Assembly: GCA_051942205.1 (NCBI GenBank)
Contig: JAVECO010000194.1
Span: 1 to 41,209 of the forward strand
Length of the DNA stretch: 41,209 bases
Origin: Coniocarpon cinnabarinum
Taxonomy: Eukaryota
Direction: 5' to 3'
Shown here: positions 12,591-25,600 of the stretch, one piece after another
How positions within the stretch are numbered: the stretch's first letter is position 1
How the letters are laid out: each line of letters begins with the position of its first letter
Notes under the pieces: generated by a model
The model's input: only the letters and a program-made list of their open reading frames with translations
Databases searched by the model: none
Told to the model about the DNA's origin: nothing
Position numbers and translations under genes: made by a program

Positions 12591-13150
12591 CGCTGATGCA
12601 CGGTCTCAATGTGCTTAGAATGTTTTTTGCTCTTGGATTTCTCAATTCGTAAGTGTAGTCTTCTGCAGTTTGATCTACAAGCCAACTATAACTAAGGATA
12701 CGGACTCTGATGCTGAAGATGAATTATCTAATCAGTGTATGATGCTCAAGGAACGTGGAAAAGTCTGTATAGCTCTACACAGCTGCATGTACAAACTCGG
12801 TGGCAATCTCAACCTGCTATTGTCGAAAGGATCCAATTATCCTTGCAGGACCTCGGTGCTTGGCGGGCTTCGGCCCGAGACTTCCGGGCGTCCGAGTCGA
12901 AATCCGCTGAAATTTACGTGTTTTCAGCGCTTATCTTTTTAATCTATCAATGCCACATCCCACCGCAAGAGACCGCCTCCAAAATTGTAGTCTCTTGGTC
13001 GAAGACTCAATCCTCTCACTCAAAACTCGACTGACGCGTACTTCGCCTAAGAAACTATTTTATAAACACCGTAATTCTCCAGTGTTTTTGTCCATACTAG
13101 CACTCTGCAACCAAATTTGGGAGAATTGAAGCTGCCCAACCAACTATACT

Positions 13151-14721
13151 ATGAGCCGCCCAAATGGCGCGCCGTACACGAACGGCGAAGGGCAGATACC
13201 CGCGGGGGATGATGACGATTTTGACGCCGAAGAAGAGACAATGGTGAATGACTATCGGGAGCAAGTACAATATGACGAGGGTTATGACGACGCGAGCGTG
13301 GCATATAGTGCAAGTCAGCAAGACATACAAGCACAACTGCAAGCCGCCGTACAGCCTCTAGATCGCGATGCCACTCTCGACATGAAGTTTCAAAGCTACG
13401 ACAACTACTGTAATCTATTCCACTACATTCTCAACTCAGACGGACCCGTTGACCTGGAGCTACCCTCCGTGAGACACTTTCACATTCACAGCGTGCGCAA
13501 ACCTTCTAATCTTTCGTGCTAGTACTTTTGGGCCTGGGACGTCATCGACGAGTTCATCTACCAATTCAACAACTTCTGCTCCTACCGCCAGCGTGTCGCC
13601 CGCCAAAACAACAACCCCGAAGAGATCGAGATCCTCCGCGAAACCGGCATGACTTGGGGCTGCTACAACGTCCTCAACGTGCTCTACTCGCTCATTCAAA
13701 AGTCCCAAATTACCGAGCAGCTTGCTGCCATGAAGCGCGGCGAGGACGGTACCCACTACGCCGGCGAATACGGCAACCGCACCCTATACAAGATGCTGGG
13801 TTACTTCTCGATCATCGGCCTGCTGCGCGTGCACTGTCTGCTCGGCGACTTTAGTCTTGCGCTCAAAACGCTGGATGATATTGAGCTCAACAAGAAGGCC
13901 ATGTTTGCTCGCGTCATGGCTGCGCATTTTGATACGTACTACTACGTCGGCTTCAGCTACATGATGCTGCGCCGCTACGCAGATGCCGTGCGCATGTTCT
14001 CGCACATCCTCGTGTACGTGTCGCGAACCAAGAACTTCCAAAAGAGCGGCGCCGCCTACGACTCCATTGCTAAGAAGACGGAGCAAATGTACGCCCTCAT
14101 TGCCATGTGTGTCGCCTTCTCGCCAACCCGCCTTGACGACACAATTCATGGTGCACTCCGGGAGAAGTATGGTGAGGATCTGCAGAAGCTGCAGCGAGGT
14201 GGCCCAGAGAGCTTGCCCCTGTTCGAGGCGCTGTTCCGACAGGCGTGCCCCAAGTTCATCACGCCGACCTTGCCGGATTTCGACGCGCCCGAGACGAACG
14301 TGGACCCCATCGACCATCACTGCGCCGTCTTCATGGAAGAGGTCAAGGCGAACATGTGGAATCCGACGGTTAAGAGCTATCTGAAGCTTTACAGCACCAT
14401 GGACGTGAAGAAGCTGGCGGGCTTCCTCGAGGTCAGCGAGGAGGAGCTGAGGTGCTGGCTACTTGTTAACAAACAGCGGAGTCGACAAGTTAGGCATACG
14501 GGTGGTGTGGAAAAGGAAGGAGGCGGTGGGTTACTCGAGGGAGAAGTGGTAGGGAGTGGCGAATTAGATTATGCTATGCAAGGGGTGAGTCTTGCTCCTT
14601 CTTCCAGCCGGGGAGCGTCAGAATGCTGACTTGACTGCAGGATTTGATTCATATCTCAGAGGCCAAAGTCGGAAGACGATTAGTCGACTGGTACTTGCGT
14701 AACCTAACAAGGACATACTGA
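13151..14721 (+). CDS. eIF3L: Eukaryotic translation initiation factor 3 subunit L, about 486 aa; exons 13151-13468, 13523-14584, 14641-14721
   Basis: [40 protein letters not shown]...[23 protein letters not shown]...ACPKFI...SYLKLY...|[22 protein letters not shown]. Introns 13469-13522 and 14585-14640. Confidence 0.95.
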
Positions 14722-14794
14722 GTCATGGCTTGAATGTGAGCTCGACGCATCCGATCTTGCGGTTTATTATGATGCAAGGGATGCCTTTCACGCG

Positions 14795-14807
14795 AAAAAA
14801 AAAAAAA
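14795..14807 (+). repeat. Poly(A)13 homopolymer in the eIF3L 3' region
   Basis: Directly visible run. Confidence 0.9.
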
Positions 14808-15341
14808 CATCGACCTCAGCAGTCGACTCAGCATGCTATCAAACCGCCTTCACTGCCTTGCTCTGGATAAAAGTGTAGCTGTTCCAGCCTGATCGTCTCG
14901 GTCAATCATTGATCATTTCCCTCATAGCCTCTGCAGCCTCCGCTCTGCAAATTTCTCCAGAGAGAACTGCGTTCGTCAAATAAAGAGCGTGTGGATGGTT
15001 CTCCCATTATATATGACCGCTCACTGCATCAGCCGCTTCGCAAGGTGATGGCGGTTGGCCAGGAGATCGTGCACGTAAATTTCGCAATGCTCACATGTCT
15101 AACACTCAGACGTATGGCATATATATCGCTCAATTTCCCTTGAGCATACACCATCTATACGATGTCATCTTCTGAAGTAGGTAATAACCAAGGAGAGTCG
15201 ATTCGGGAAAAAGCTTGTCCGCGATGCCGAGGATGTCAGCATAAAAGGTAGATTGGCAGTACCAATGCCATAAGAAACCTGCATACGCCGAGTCGCAGGG
15301 GTTGAGGCATAGTCGCTCTCTGACCGATTGCATTGCCTGTC

Positions 15342-16406
15342 ATGGCAAGCTTTCTCCTGCGCCGAAGCCTCTTGCAACATACATTCCGACACAGTGCCCG
15401 CAGATTCACGACTGGAAGAGTTTCAATGGCACCGAAAGAAGTAAAAAAGCTTGGAGTCGTTGGGTCAGGGCAGATGGTGAGTCGAGCACCTTTTGAAAGA
15501 CGGTCTAGACGTCACTAATATTGTTGCAGGGCTTAGGTATCGCTCTCGTCGCTGCACAGAAAGCCCAGCTGCCCGTTACCCTTATCGACTCGTCTCAGAC
15601 TGCTCTGGACAAGGGTCTAAGCTTTGCGGACAAACTACTCGAGAAAGACGTCAGCAAAGAAAAAATCACAAAGGAAGACGCTGCGAGTGCTCGCACAAGA
15701 CTAAGTTCCTCGACAAGAATGGAAGATCTGTCTGAGGTGGATTTTGTGATCGAAGCTGTTCCGGTAGGTCGAACCCCTTGCTTGGAGATCTGTGAACTAA
15801 GCATCGCAGGAAATACCAGAGGTGAAGACACAGATCTTCTCCCAATTGGCTCAGGTTTGTCCTTCACACGCCATTCTCGCAACCAACACTTCGTCAATCT
15901 CTATCACGAAGATCGCAGCTGCGACGACGAAGGATCCTAAAGACCTGTCAGCATCGTCACGGGTTATTAGCACACATTTCATGAATCCTGTGCCCGTACA
16001 GAAAGGCGTCGAGATCATTTCAGGGTTACAGACATCACAGGATACTCTTGACACAGCTTTGGAGCTTTGTAAGAGGATGGGCAAGATACCGTCGAAAAGC
16101 GCAGACTCACCTGGCTTCCTGGCCAACAGGATCTTGATGCCGTACATCAATGAGGCCATCATCTGTCTGGAGACTGGCGTCGGCGAGAGAGATGATATTG
16201 ACAACATCATGAAGAACGGTACCAATGTACCTATGGGACCCTTGCAACTCGCTGATTTCATTGGCATCGACACCTGTCTGTCCATCATGAATGTTCTCCA
16301 CAATGAGACTGGAGATTCGAAATACCGCCCTGCTGTGTTGCTGCGGAAGATGGTCGACGCAGGCTGGCTTGGTAGGAAGTCGGGTAAAGGATTCTATGAC
16401 TACTAG
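15342..16406 (+). CDS. 3-hydroxybutyryl/3-hydroxyacyl-CoA dehydrogenase, mitochondrial-type, about 321 aa; exons 15342-15476, 15530-15763, 15810-16406
   Basis: Arg-rich presequence [11 protein letters not shown]...; Rossmann motif [82 protein letters not shown]. Confidence 0.95.
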
Positions 16407-17328
16407 TCCGTATCAGAAGATGATTAAAGAATCTTCCGTACCAACATCAGGGTGAGAAACCTTACCGGAGAACAACGAGGTCCACTAGGGCGCTTTGGCG
16501 GTGAAGAAGATGGCACACGAGAAGCACAGCGTCAAAAATTTGAGCAGCACAACGGTGGAGCGCAAAGCGCCAATGACACCCGTCTCGGGCCTCATCGCCG
16601 GTTTGACTCCCACTGTTCTCCTCTGAGGTCCCAGATCCAAGCCAGAAAGGCAGTGAAGAGGGTGACGATGATGGTGCCTTCACAGGTGTGGCCAACGATG
16701 TTTCGAAGGTCGCGGGCACTGTCGACTTTTGGCGATGATTTCCTGCTTGGCATGAGATTACCTGCGGTGGTGGATGAGTTGGCCGCAGAAGGCTCCAACA
16801 AGCAGAGAGTAGGTGAAGAGGGTGAGACTGCGTAGAATGACAAGGAGGTCGTCGATCATTGGCGTGACGGTGGCTCTCACACAGCAGAGAAGTACAGACA
16901 GCTGCTAATTAAGGATGGCAAGTACAGAGTAACCAGAGCTCGGGTCAGAGCTCTTGTCCAGTAAATAAGGTGGCAATAGATGATCAGACGAGAAGAATTC
17001 AATGTCAAGGCAGAAGATGTTACCTGCACGCACCTTTGCCTTTGGTCGATCCATCTGATCCTAATTAGGACAAACCAAACTAAATGGTAGTAGAGGAAGT
17101 CGCGACACACTGACCGCCTTCATTGCAGAGTCGGGCATGGTCATCATCGTCGTCATGACAGGCATCAGTCCTACCTAGGTAACCTCTCAAGCTGCGCATG
17201 AGCTCCTCATCTGCTCCTGCCGTGTCACTCATCAATCTGCAGACCGAGTCCTGTACTGCAACCCTTCGCTCTCTTCATTCAAAAACTTATTTGTCCAGCC
17301 ACGCCGACTGTCCAAAGCTGGACTCACA

Positions 17329-19103
17329 ATGTCTGGACCGGTCCATCACAGAGACACCTTTGCTCCTCAGCGACCGCGGCGACTCACCTCCATCTCCAAC
17401 TTTGCACGATCACTCGCTCATCGCCGCAGCACCGCTTCGGAGGTCACACTTGACCTTGAGCAACCACTAGCAGGTCTTGCAAAATCCGAAAATGCCCGTC
17501 GGCGACCATTCCTTCCACGATCTCGCAAATCCTCAAACCACCTCGACAGCCAGGTCCCTCGCAGCTCCACGTTATCAAACATTCCCCGTCCAAAATCGGG
17601 GCAGAAGACTCCAGCACCGCGTTTGCCGTCCTCTAGGTCTACTGCTTCCCTGGTGCCGACTCGGATACCTACCCCCGGAGGTCATCGCAACCTCCCGACC
17701 TACAGTGCATGCTTGAGTGACACTGAGCGTGCGCCCCCCGTTCCACCAAAACCTAACTCTACTTCACGTAGCTCACACTCTCTTGGGGCTCGTAAATTGT
17801 CCGCAGCGAGTCTTCTGAAGATGCCATCTGACAGCACCTATCGTACTAGGAGAAGTCACACGTGGTCGCGGCCGACTGGAATCTACGAATCACGGGCAAG
17901 TGGCACAAAAACGCCCGACTTTGCTGAGCCACTCGAGCTTGGAGAATCGGCGTCTGCTGAAATGCAGACTTCCCCTCCCACGCAAGACACACGAGACGCA
18001 ACTGAGCAACGGCTTGGAGGGCTATCTGACGACGTTCAACGGAGGCGGAAGAAGCTCTATCTGCATATTCCCAGAAAGACAGACTCTACAGCACCACTCC
18101 TTGGCTCTCCAAGCTCCGCCAAACCGAATTCAGAGCAAGACTCGTCACGCTCAAGCTTCGAAGTCGTTGAACGCCGACTTCTGAAGCCGATCGACAACAC
18201 ATTGCCTCACTCGAAAAGCCTTGCTTCAATCTCAGTCAAGCCTGAAAACTCGCCCGTGATTTCAAACTTTGCAAACAAACCAACTTCTGCGTTTAAGAGA
18301 CTTGCTTCTACCGATACCTTCAAAGATTTCAGTGCAGGGCCGTCATCGCCGATAGTGTCAAAGATGCGTTCCACGTTGAAGGTAAGTTCTGTCGTAGGCT
18401 GCCGTTTGGTAGCTTGCTGACACACATTCCACAGAGCTTGACACCACGGTCATCTTCGCTATCACACCGTCAAATTGTGGTTGATTTCGATAAGAACGTG
18501 TACGAAGACCAACCAAGCCAATACTGGTCAGGGCGCTTCGTTTCCTTGAGAGACAGATACGACCGCATCCACGGCACCGACATGTTAGAGTCAGCGCTGC
18601 CTAGATCCAATTCGGTGCCGGAACCTCGCGCATACGACCTGGCTCAAGCGAGCTGGATCTTTGAGCAATTGTATGCTTGCTGCCGTACTAATTCGGCAAA
18701 GAAGAGCTTGACGGAGTTTAAGAGGAAATACGCTCAAATTGTAGCACTGCCAGAATTACTCACTTCGACAGAGCCGGAAGAGCGTTGTGAGAAGCCGTCT
18801 CGACGGAGCATGATCTTAGGAAGTGGAAAAAGCAGGACTGATAGTGGTCATGACAAAGCACCACAGCTACCTGCGCTCACAATACCTCGGAAGCCCTTGC
18901 CATTTGGTGAAGAAGTGACTAGCCCACGAAGCATCCGCACTGTCAATACCTGTGAGACAGACTTGTCTGGCAAAAGTCAAGATTCCTTCTTGAAGTCCTC
19001 TGGTCGGGACCGAGCAGAGGCATTGGAACGAGATCGATCGTTCTTCGGAAAGTTGATAGACATTGGTCGAAAAGCTAGCTGGACCTCAACAACAGAAACC
19101 TGA
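17329..19103 (+). CDS. Hypothetical Ser/Pro/Arg-rich protein with a small folded C-terminal domain, about 573 aa; exons 17329-18381, 18435-19103
   Basis: Intron 18382-18434 (GTAAGT...GCTGAC...CAG) joins two long ORFs in phase 0. The C-terminal block QPSQYWSGRFVSLRDRY...IFEQLYACCRTNSAKKSLTEF resembles a motif recurring in uncharacterised Pezizomycotina proteins (from memory, not searched). Confidence 0.75.
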
Positions 19104-19322
19104 CTCATGGTCTTCCCATATACGTTATGTCTGATCGCTTGACCACGGTCGATCTGTCTCGAAATCAAAGCTTTGACTTCACAGGTGAAGCGTCAAAGTT
19201 CAGAGAAAAGTTATTCTTGGGCATCAAGAGCTCGACGGAAATCTTCTCTCGAAATGTTCTAGATACGCCTACGACCAACGCTCAAATGAAAACATTGCAT
19301 CGCTTCAAATGATTCTAAGTAC

Positions 19323-19997
19323 TCACTTTTGTGCAGGTGGGCCTAGTTGGTCTGTGATATTCTGCGGATCTTTCCACGCCTTCGCAACAAACTTTGTATG
19401 ACTCCCTCGAGCCAGCAACTCGTCTCGCGCATTATAAAACTTGATACTTGTGTACGCCAATGTCTTGCCAACTGCAACGTCCATTAGCTCCGGACCGCCG
19501 AACTTGCACTGACAATGATATTGAAAGAAGCGATGAAGTCTGTGAACTCACACTTGTCACACACTACCTCCGCCCGTAATAGATCCCCGACCTTGCCTCC
19601 ACTGGCAAGATAGGTGACGTTTAAATCAGTGCTGACCCCTGTTGAAAACAAGCCGCAAGAGGCGACTGCAAAGCTACCCCCTAGATCCGTCATGCATGCC
19701 AGTGTCCCGCCGTGGAGGATGTTGAGGCGGTTCGTGTGGTGTTGTTCAATGGGGAGCTCGAAGTGGACGCGGCCAGGTTGAGCGTCTGTTACGCGTAGCT
19801 GGTTAAGTAATCTAGGATGGCGATTAGCCTGCAGGGGGCAATTTTGAGGATGAGGAGGTATACCTCGGTTCGAGGCCTGAATTGGCTCTGAATGATTCCC
19901 AGACCTTGACTATTCTTTAGATATTGATTTTACCTCTGAATAAGTTTTGGTGCTGGCATACCGATCGAACGTGCTTCAATGCAAGTGCCCCAGCCAT
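19323..19997 (-). CDS. PaaI/ACOT13-like hotdog-fold acyl-CoA thioesterase, about 161 aa; exons 19997-19962, 19904-19864, 19811-19552, 19471-19323
   Basis: Spliced translation: MAGALALKHVRS|VWESFRANSGLEPR|LLNQLRVTDAQPGRVHFELPIEQHHTNRLNILHGGTLACMTDLGGS...GVSTDLNVTYL...CDK|FGKTLAYTSI...LARGSHTKF. It has the HGG motif and three phase-consistent GT-AG introns. Confidence 0.92.
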
Positions 19998-20360
19998 GGT
20001 CCCACAATAATCCTATTTCTGATGTTTTATTGAACTTTTGCAATCTGTGATCAAGGGAAAATTTTATCGAGCCAGGTGTCCTCCTCTTCCTCGATCCATG
20101 TATGGGTCCCGATCCAAGACGTTTTTCGAGCTGACCTACAGAGTACGAAAGGCACTGAGGAGAGAGACGGTGCCATGTTACTGATATACGCTACCTCTCG
20201 TATGTTCGAGTCTAGCCAATCACACAGCTGATGCGCCACTACCTGAGCTTTGAAACATCATCTGGTCCGCGCGCGCGTGCATACGACCATTGGAACTTTC
20301 TATTTACTCATTCCCATTCCGCCTCACCTTCAGCAATACCATGATCTGAAGAACAATGCT

Positions 20361-21308
20361 ATGCGCTGGCCGTGGCAGCAGTCCAATGACCAGTCCAGCT
20401 CCTCCATATACACAGCCTCTGCATCTCTCAACGATGTCATCAACCCCAACACCCTCGTCGCAACCGCCGTTCTCACCACCCTTGCCCTAGGAAGCGCCCG
20501 TCTCTATCGCACACGCCTGACGCGCATCTCCACCGCACCACATATCCCTCCATCCTGGCTTCATGAAGATCTCCGCGCCTTTCCACGCCGCCATCGCATC
20601 TTCGGCACCGTCCTACGAGTCTCTGACGGCGACGGTGTGAGAGTCTTCCACACACCCGGCGGTCGGCTCCTTGGTTGGGGTTGGCTGCGCCGCATCCCCT
20701 CTGAACCGTTTCCGCGACAGAAACGTGGCGCAGGTGGTGAGAAATCGTGGCTTTCGGAGAATACAATCAATGTGAGGTTATCTGGCATTGATGCGCCGGA
20801 GCTTGCGCATTTTGGGAACCCGGGCCAGCCCGGTGCTGAGGAGGCAACGGAGCGTCTTAAGGAGCTTGCGCTGAGTCGACGAGTGCTATTGTATCCTCAT
20901 GTCAATGATCAGTATGGACGTATCGTTGGTACCGTCTTAGTAAAGAGATGGCATTTGGGTGTTCCTTTAGGCTTGAGGAGGTGGGTCGATGCTGGGGCGG
21001 AGGTAGTGAGAGATGGTTGGGCGACTGTCTACGAGGGCAAAGTTGGCGTCGCTTTTGGTGGGAAGAAGAGAGAAGAGCTGCTGCGACAATTGGAGGGCAC
21101 GGCGAAGCAGAAGAGATTGGGCATTTGGCGAGGCGGGGCTTCGTCTGCTGGGTCTAACACAAGCAAGGGACGCAGCCAAAACGTTGGTTTGTTTACGAGG
21201 GCTTGGCGATGGATTGTTGGCGAGAAGAAGGACGAGGCGTTTGAAAGCCCGCGCGATTTCAAGGCGCGTATGAAGAAGGTGGATGATGCAGAAAAGGGGA
21301 AGAAGTAA
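20361..21308 (+). CDS. LCL3: Probable endonuclease Lcl3 (staphylococcal nuclease/thermonuclease family), 315 aa
   Basis: MRWPW start, a hydrophobic segment, then V..V.DGDG.RVFHTPGGRLLGWGWLR, TINVRLSGIDAPELAHFG, DQYGRIV, GWATVYEGK, AKQKRLGIW and ESPRDFK. Confidence 0.92.
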   Translation: MRWPWQQSNDQSSSSIYTASASLNDVINPNTLVATAVLTTLALGSARLYRTRLTRISTAPHIPPSWLHEDLRAFPRRHRIFGTVLRVSDGDGVRVFHTPGGRLLGWGWLRRIPSEPFPRQKRGAGGEKSWLSENTINVRLSGIDAPELAHFGNPGQPGAEEATERLKELALSRRVLLYPHVNDQYGRIVGTVLVKRWHLGVPLGLRRWVDAGAEVVRDGWATVYEGKVGVAFGGKKREELLRQLEGTAKQKRLGIWRGGASSAGSNTSKGRSQNVGLFTRAWRWIVGEKKDEAFESPRDFKARMKKVDDAEKGKK

Positions 21309-22654
21309 ACTCTGGTGAACCCTCGAATCTCATTGTCGAGTGAGGCAGGGGTCATCAGTACCCACGAGTCCAATGGCAGACTACTCGTCTAGCTTGCGCA
21401 CCCACGACTGCATCCGGTCTCAAGCAGCATGGTTATCAACCAAGCTTGGCTCGAAGTACTCCAGTCTTGATATACGCAGACTAATCTATCATCACAAGCT
21501 GTCTTGGCACATGGCTGGCGGGTGAAATTCGTTCCCTGCATGGTGCTAATCTTGTTGCGGAAGCGTTCAGGGGATTTCGAAGGCCTGACGGCGTATTCAT
21601 AAGAAGCAGCATCCGCGTGGGCGAGTGGCGTCAAGGAGTGTTATAGTTCAACTTCCAAGCGGCATGAACGGCCCCAAAGTCGAGCAGGGGCGGCCATGCT
21701 CGGCAACGCTGCAAGAAACCCACTCACGGCAGAGACAAGTGTAACAGAAAACGAGATTGCGATGTGGTAGTGTCAGTGACAGCATTGTCGAAACCAGAAC
21801 GCCTGTAAGATGACTGACTAAGTGGAGAATTAGGATCTATTTATGGAACAGATCAGGGACGCTAGTCGATCACCGGTAGTCGGCTCCGACTTTCTCCGAC
21901 TCGACATCCTCTTGGATTTTCTATTGCTGTAGGCCTGACAGCGAGCATCTTGTCTTTTAAGAAAGGGTTTACAAAGTCGCAACTCAAGGACAGCATTTTC
22001 GCCCATCAACCGGCGCAGATCCGGCCTGTCAGCAGCTGTAGCCTATCGCTAGCCAGTGTCTCATCATCTCCCAGCGTCGCATCCCGCCCCCAGACTTCAG
22101 CCGTCCCATCCTTTCCGCCCTCCAGCGCCGAACTCAATTGCCTAGACGAGGCCAATGGACTGGCTTTCAGCGTAGTTCAACGGTGGTTCATCTGTTTACT
22201 CAGCAGTGATCGCCACTGCTCCTGGCCGCTTCTAGAAAGACCGCCGGCAATGAGTCTACCCGCGTGCATGTGCGCGCTCCACCCGCACGAGCCATGCCAG
22301 GAGCTGCGCGTGGCATTGACCTGCTCAGCATCCAAGCGACTGCAGTCAGATCCAGGCGCTTACGGTAAGATGTGGGCCTGTTAATTGGGAAAGGGCATGG
22401 GTTCGTCGTTGAAGAAAAGAACTTGTCGTCTCTTATCCTCGCTCTTCTTTACTTCTTCCTGCTTCGTCGTCACGCTCGCTACGTAAGCCTCGTCGCCGTG
22501 CTCGCCTGTCAGCTCTGCACAGCTGCTGCAACTGCTCATGTGTGCTCTTTGTCGCACAACGCGTTGAGTTACAGGTCTGGCAAGAGGTGCTCGCAGAGTA
22601 GGCTGAGGAACAACAAGTAACACGAACACTGGAGGGCAGCAGCTAGCAATCATT

Positions 22655-25600
22655 ATGTTCGCACTCGCGTTCCTGCCCTTGCTAAGCGTCGTCCGTGGGG
22701 CTGCCTGTAAGTGAGGAAGATGTTAAAACGTCACGAAACATCTCAGCAAACAGAGAATGGATGTCTGACGATGGATGAACAGTATCGCCCACAAGCAGCA
22801 CCGGTCAATCGCTTTCAGTCGCCGCGCAATCCGCCGGTGACAGCGCTTCTGCTTCTTCTGCTTTGTCGACGACCCCGCGCTCGCTATCGTCTGCACCCGC
22901 GTCTTCCTCAACGGCGCCAACGACCGCCAACTCACTTTCGTCTGCCGCTGCGTCTTCGTCGACAGTGTCAACAATAGTCAGCTCATCTTCTGCTTCTGCA
23001 ACTTCGTCGACAGCATCAATAACAACCAGCTCATCTTCTGTTTCCAATTCCTTGTCAGGCTCTCTATCGTTGTCCAACAGCTCCACAAGCTCCACAGGAA
23101 ATATCACCTCATGCCCGTCTCCGCCCAAAGTTACTTACAGACCGGCAAGTATTGCGACTGCCGGTGCTGGTCCAGAGTACGCTTCTTCATGTAGTTCTAT
23201 CCTCGCTGAGTATGACGCGCAATCTTCATCCTTCTGGTCACGATTTCTCACACCGACGACGGAGAAAACCCCCGCGAGGACCGTGGCAACGACTGCCACA
23301 GTGAGCTGGGCTGCTACACCAGTCTCAGGAGGCTCCACGTTGTGTGATGGCTACCTTCGCTTCAATGTCTCCAGTGGAGCCTTGGCTCCCACCCCTACGA
23401 CTCGACCTTTCACTGCCACGACACCAGGGACCACAACGACTGAGACCAGACGAATCAGCGCATGCTCTACAGTAACAATTGATTTCCCGGTCTCGCAGCC
23501 GAGTTGTTCTTTCCCTGTGTCTGATTGCGCTCTCTTCACTGGCACAGCATTGCCGCAGACGGCAACTTCGTCCGTTCCATCTTATCTCGCGGGTATATGT
23601 ACAAACACGGTGAGCACGGCACCGTGGGATTTCTGCACTGTCGTTGCAAGCAGTGTGCAACTGTATTACTGGCCCGCAACCACCACCGGGTCTCCGTCCT
23701 GCGATGGCACCAACGGCCAGACCTGGGCTACAGTCCCGCCGCCTACCGGAACTCGCACTGCCGTTATCACCCTCGGTGGTGCCGCTGTCAGTGGCGCAAC
23801 TGGCCCATTTGTCGCCAATCATACCGGCAGCATCTTGACTGTAACGTCGCCATCTGTGTATCTCCAGATCGCGGGCATCTCAGCCACAATCGAGAATCCT
23901 GCCGACTTTTCTCCGGTGGGCTCAGTGAGAGGCGCGAGTACTTTACTGTCTTTTGACCCTCCTCAATTGTCAAGCGTTGTTCAGCATATCAGTGGTTTCC
24001 AGGGACCTTGGCAGAGCGAACTCGCATTCTTGCAAACAGCGCTGCCCTCTTCTGGCGTGCCGTATGCCGTGCCTGCTTACGACGGCCATGGCTTCTACAC
24101 CTGGAACATCACTCAGACCGCTGAACCATACAATCTGTTCAATCTCCAGCGGCCCGTGCCCGCGTCGGCATATTTCTTCACGCCTCCACCGAGGAACGAT
24201 GTCGGCGGCGTTCCAGGCACTATCGTCTGGAATGACTACCATCCCTACATCAAAGTGCCTGACGAGATTCGAAATCTCGATCCAGCGTGGTCGACGTGTC
24301 TTTTGGATTTGAACGGTATCTACGACCCACCGCAGCCTATAGATGGAGCTCCTTTCACCTCAGCCACGCCATCTTCACACCCAATTGGACCACCACCAAA
24401 CGATCCCCCTGCGCCCATGCCTGCCCCGCCGAGTCCGCCTAAACAGACCGATCCTCCATCTGCGCCTCCAAATCCAGGCCCAATCGTAAATCCTCCGAAC
24501 CCCGGACCTCAACCGCAACCCCAGCCTCAGCCAGCACCTCAGCCTGCGCCCGCACCGGCACCGGCGCCGCAAGATCCTTCAGGCGGTGACCCAGGCAACG
24601 GCGGATCAAATCCAATTGTCGCCCCTCAAAATCCCAGCGCTCCTCTTCCACCGACAGCGGATCCGGGCGTTCCGGCTCCTGCTGCTCCTGCTGCTCCTGC
24701 CCCCCCCGCGGCCGCACCCGGCGGAGCGTTGGGACTTTCTCCAAATCAAGGGGGCGGCGCGCAACCTGCGCCGCAAGCACCTGCACCACAAGCGCCCGCT
24801 CCGGCCCCTGCTAATGCTCAGGGAGGTGGCGCCGGAGGTGCATCGACGGGACCAAGCGGCGGATCTCCCGGTCAAGCTGTGGCTCCTGGATCGGTCGGAT
24901 CCGGCCTAGGTGGCTCTCCGAGTGCTGGTTCTGGCAGTGCAGCCAACGCTGGAGGCAATCCAGGCGGTTTACAGCCAAATGCGAATGCGAATCCAGTTGC
25001 TCCAGCTCCAGGCCCAGCTGCGGCGCCGAATTCAGGTCAGAACGCTGCTCCAGGAGCAGGAACAGGAGCAGGAGCAGTCGGAATTCCTGCTGGTCCGGGT
25101 GGCGGTGTTGCGCCGGCTGCCCAACCTCAAGCTATTATCCCCGTTGCCGGCGGAGCGCCTATGACGGCTTCGCAAATCGCGCCGAATGCAATCGCGATTG
25201 GCGGTCAGACTATCTCGGCGGGAGGTCCTGCTGCTACAATTGGTGGTCAGGTCATTTCTGCCGGGCCGGTTGAGGGATCCTCTTCTAATGTTGGCGCTGC
25301 GAGTGCCGCAGGCGACGTTGGCAGTGGAGGTAGCGCTGTGAACGCTGTGAACGCTGGAAATGCTGGCAACTCAGGCAACGCAGCGAATGCTGGCAATGCG
25401 GCGCCCGCACAGGGAGCGTCGAATACTCCGGCTGGCAATGCTCCAAACATGGCCGTCCATGTCTCGCCCGTCAACGGCGGATCTGGCTCTACAATTCCCT
25501 TCTCAACACCTGCCGCGAACTCCAACTCACAACTAGGTTCTCAATCCGGTGCCATCCTCCCCATTGGCCCCAACAACGCTGCAGTCACAGCAAGTATGAC

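Noticed and set aside
13784..14320. 178-aa minus-strand ORF
   Set aside because: Antisense shadow of the codon-biased eIF3L exon.
15851..16303. 150-aa minus-strand ORF
   Set aside because: Antisense shadow of the 3-hydroxyacyl-CoA dehydrogenase exon.
16452..17156. Possible small gene (ORFs on both strands, splice-like sites on the minus strand)
   Set aside because: No recognisable protein and no single convincing model.
20250..20360. Upstream TTG-initiated extension of LCL3, and similar non-ATG starts at 28208 and 31670
   Set aside because: The ORF track uses bacterial-type starts; downstream ATGs match the family N-termini.
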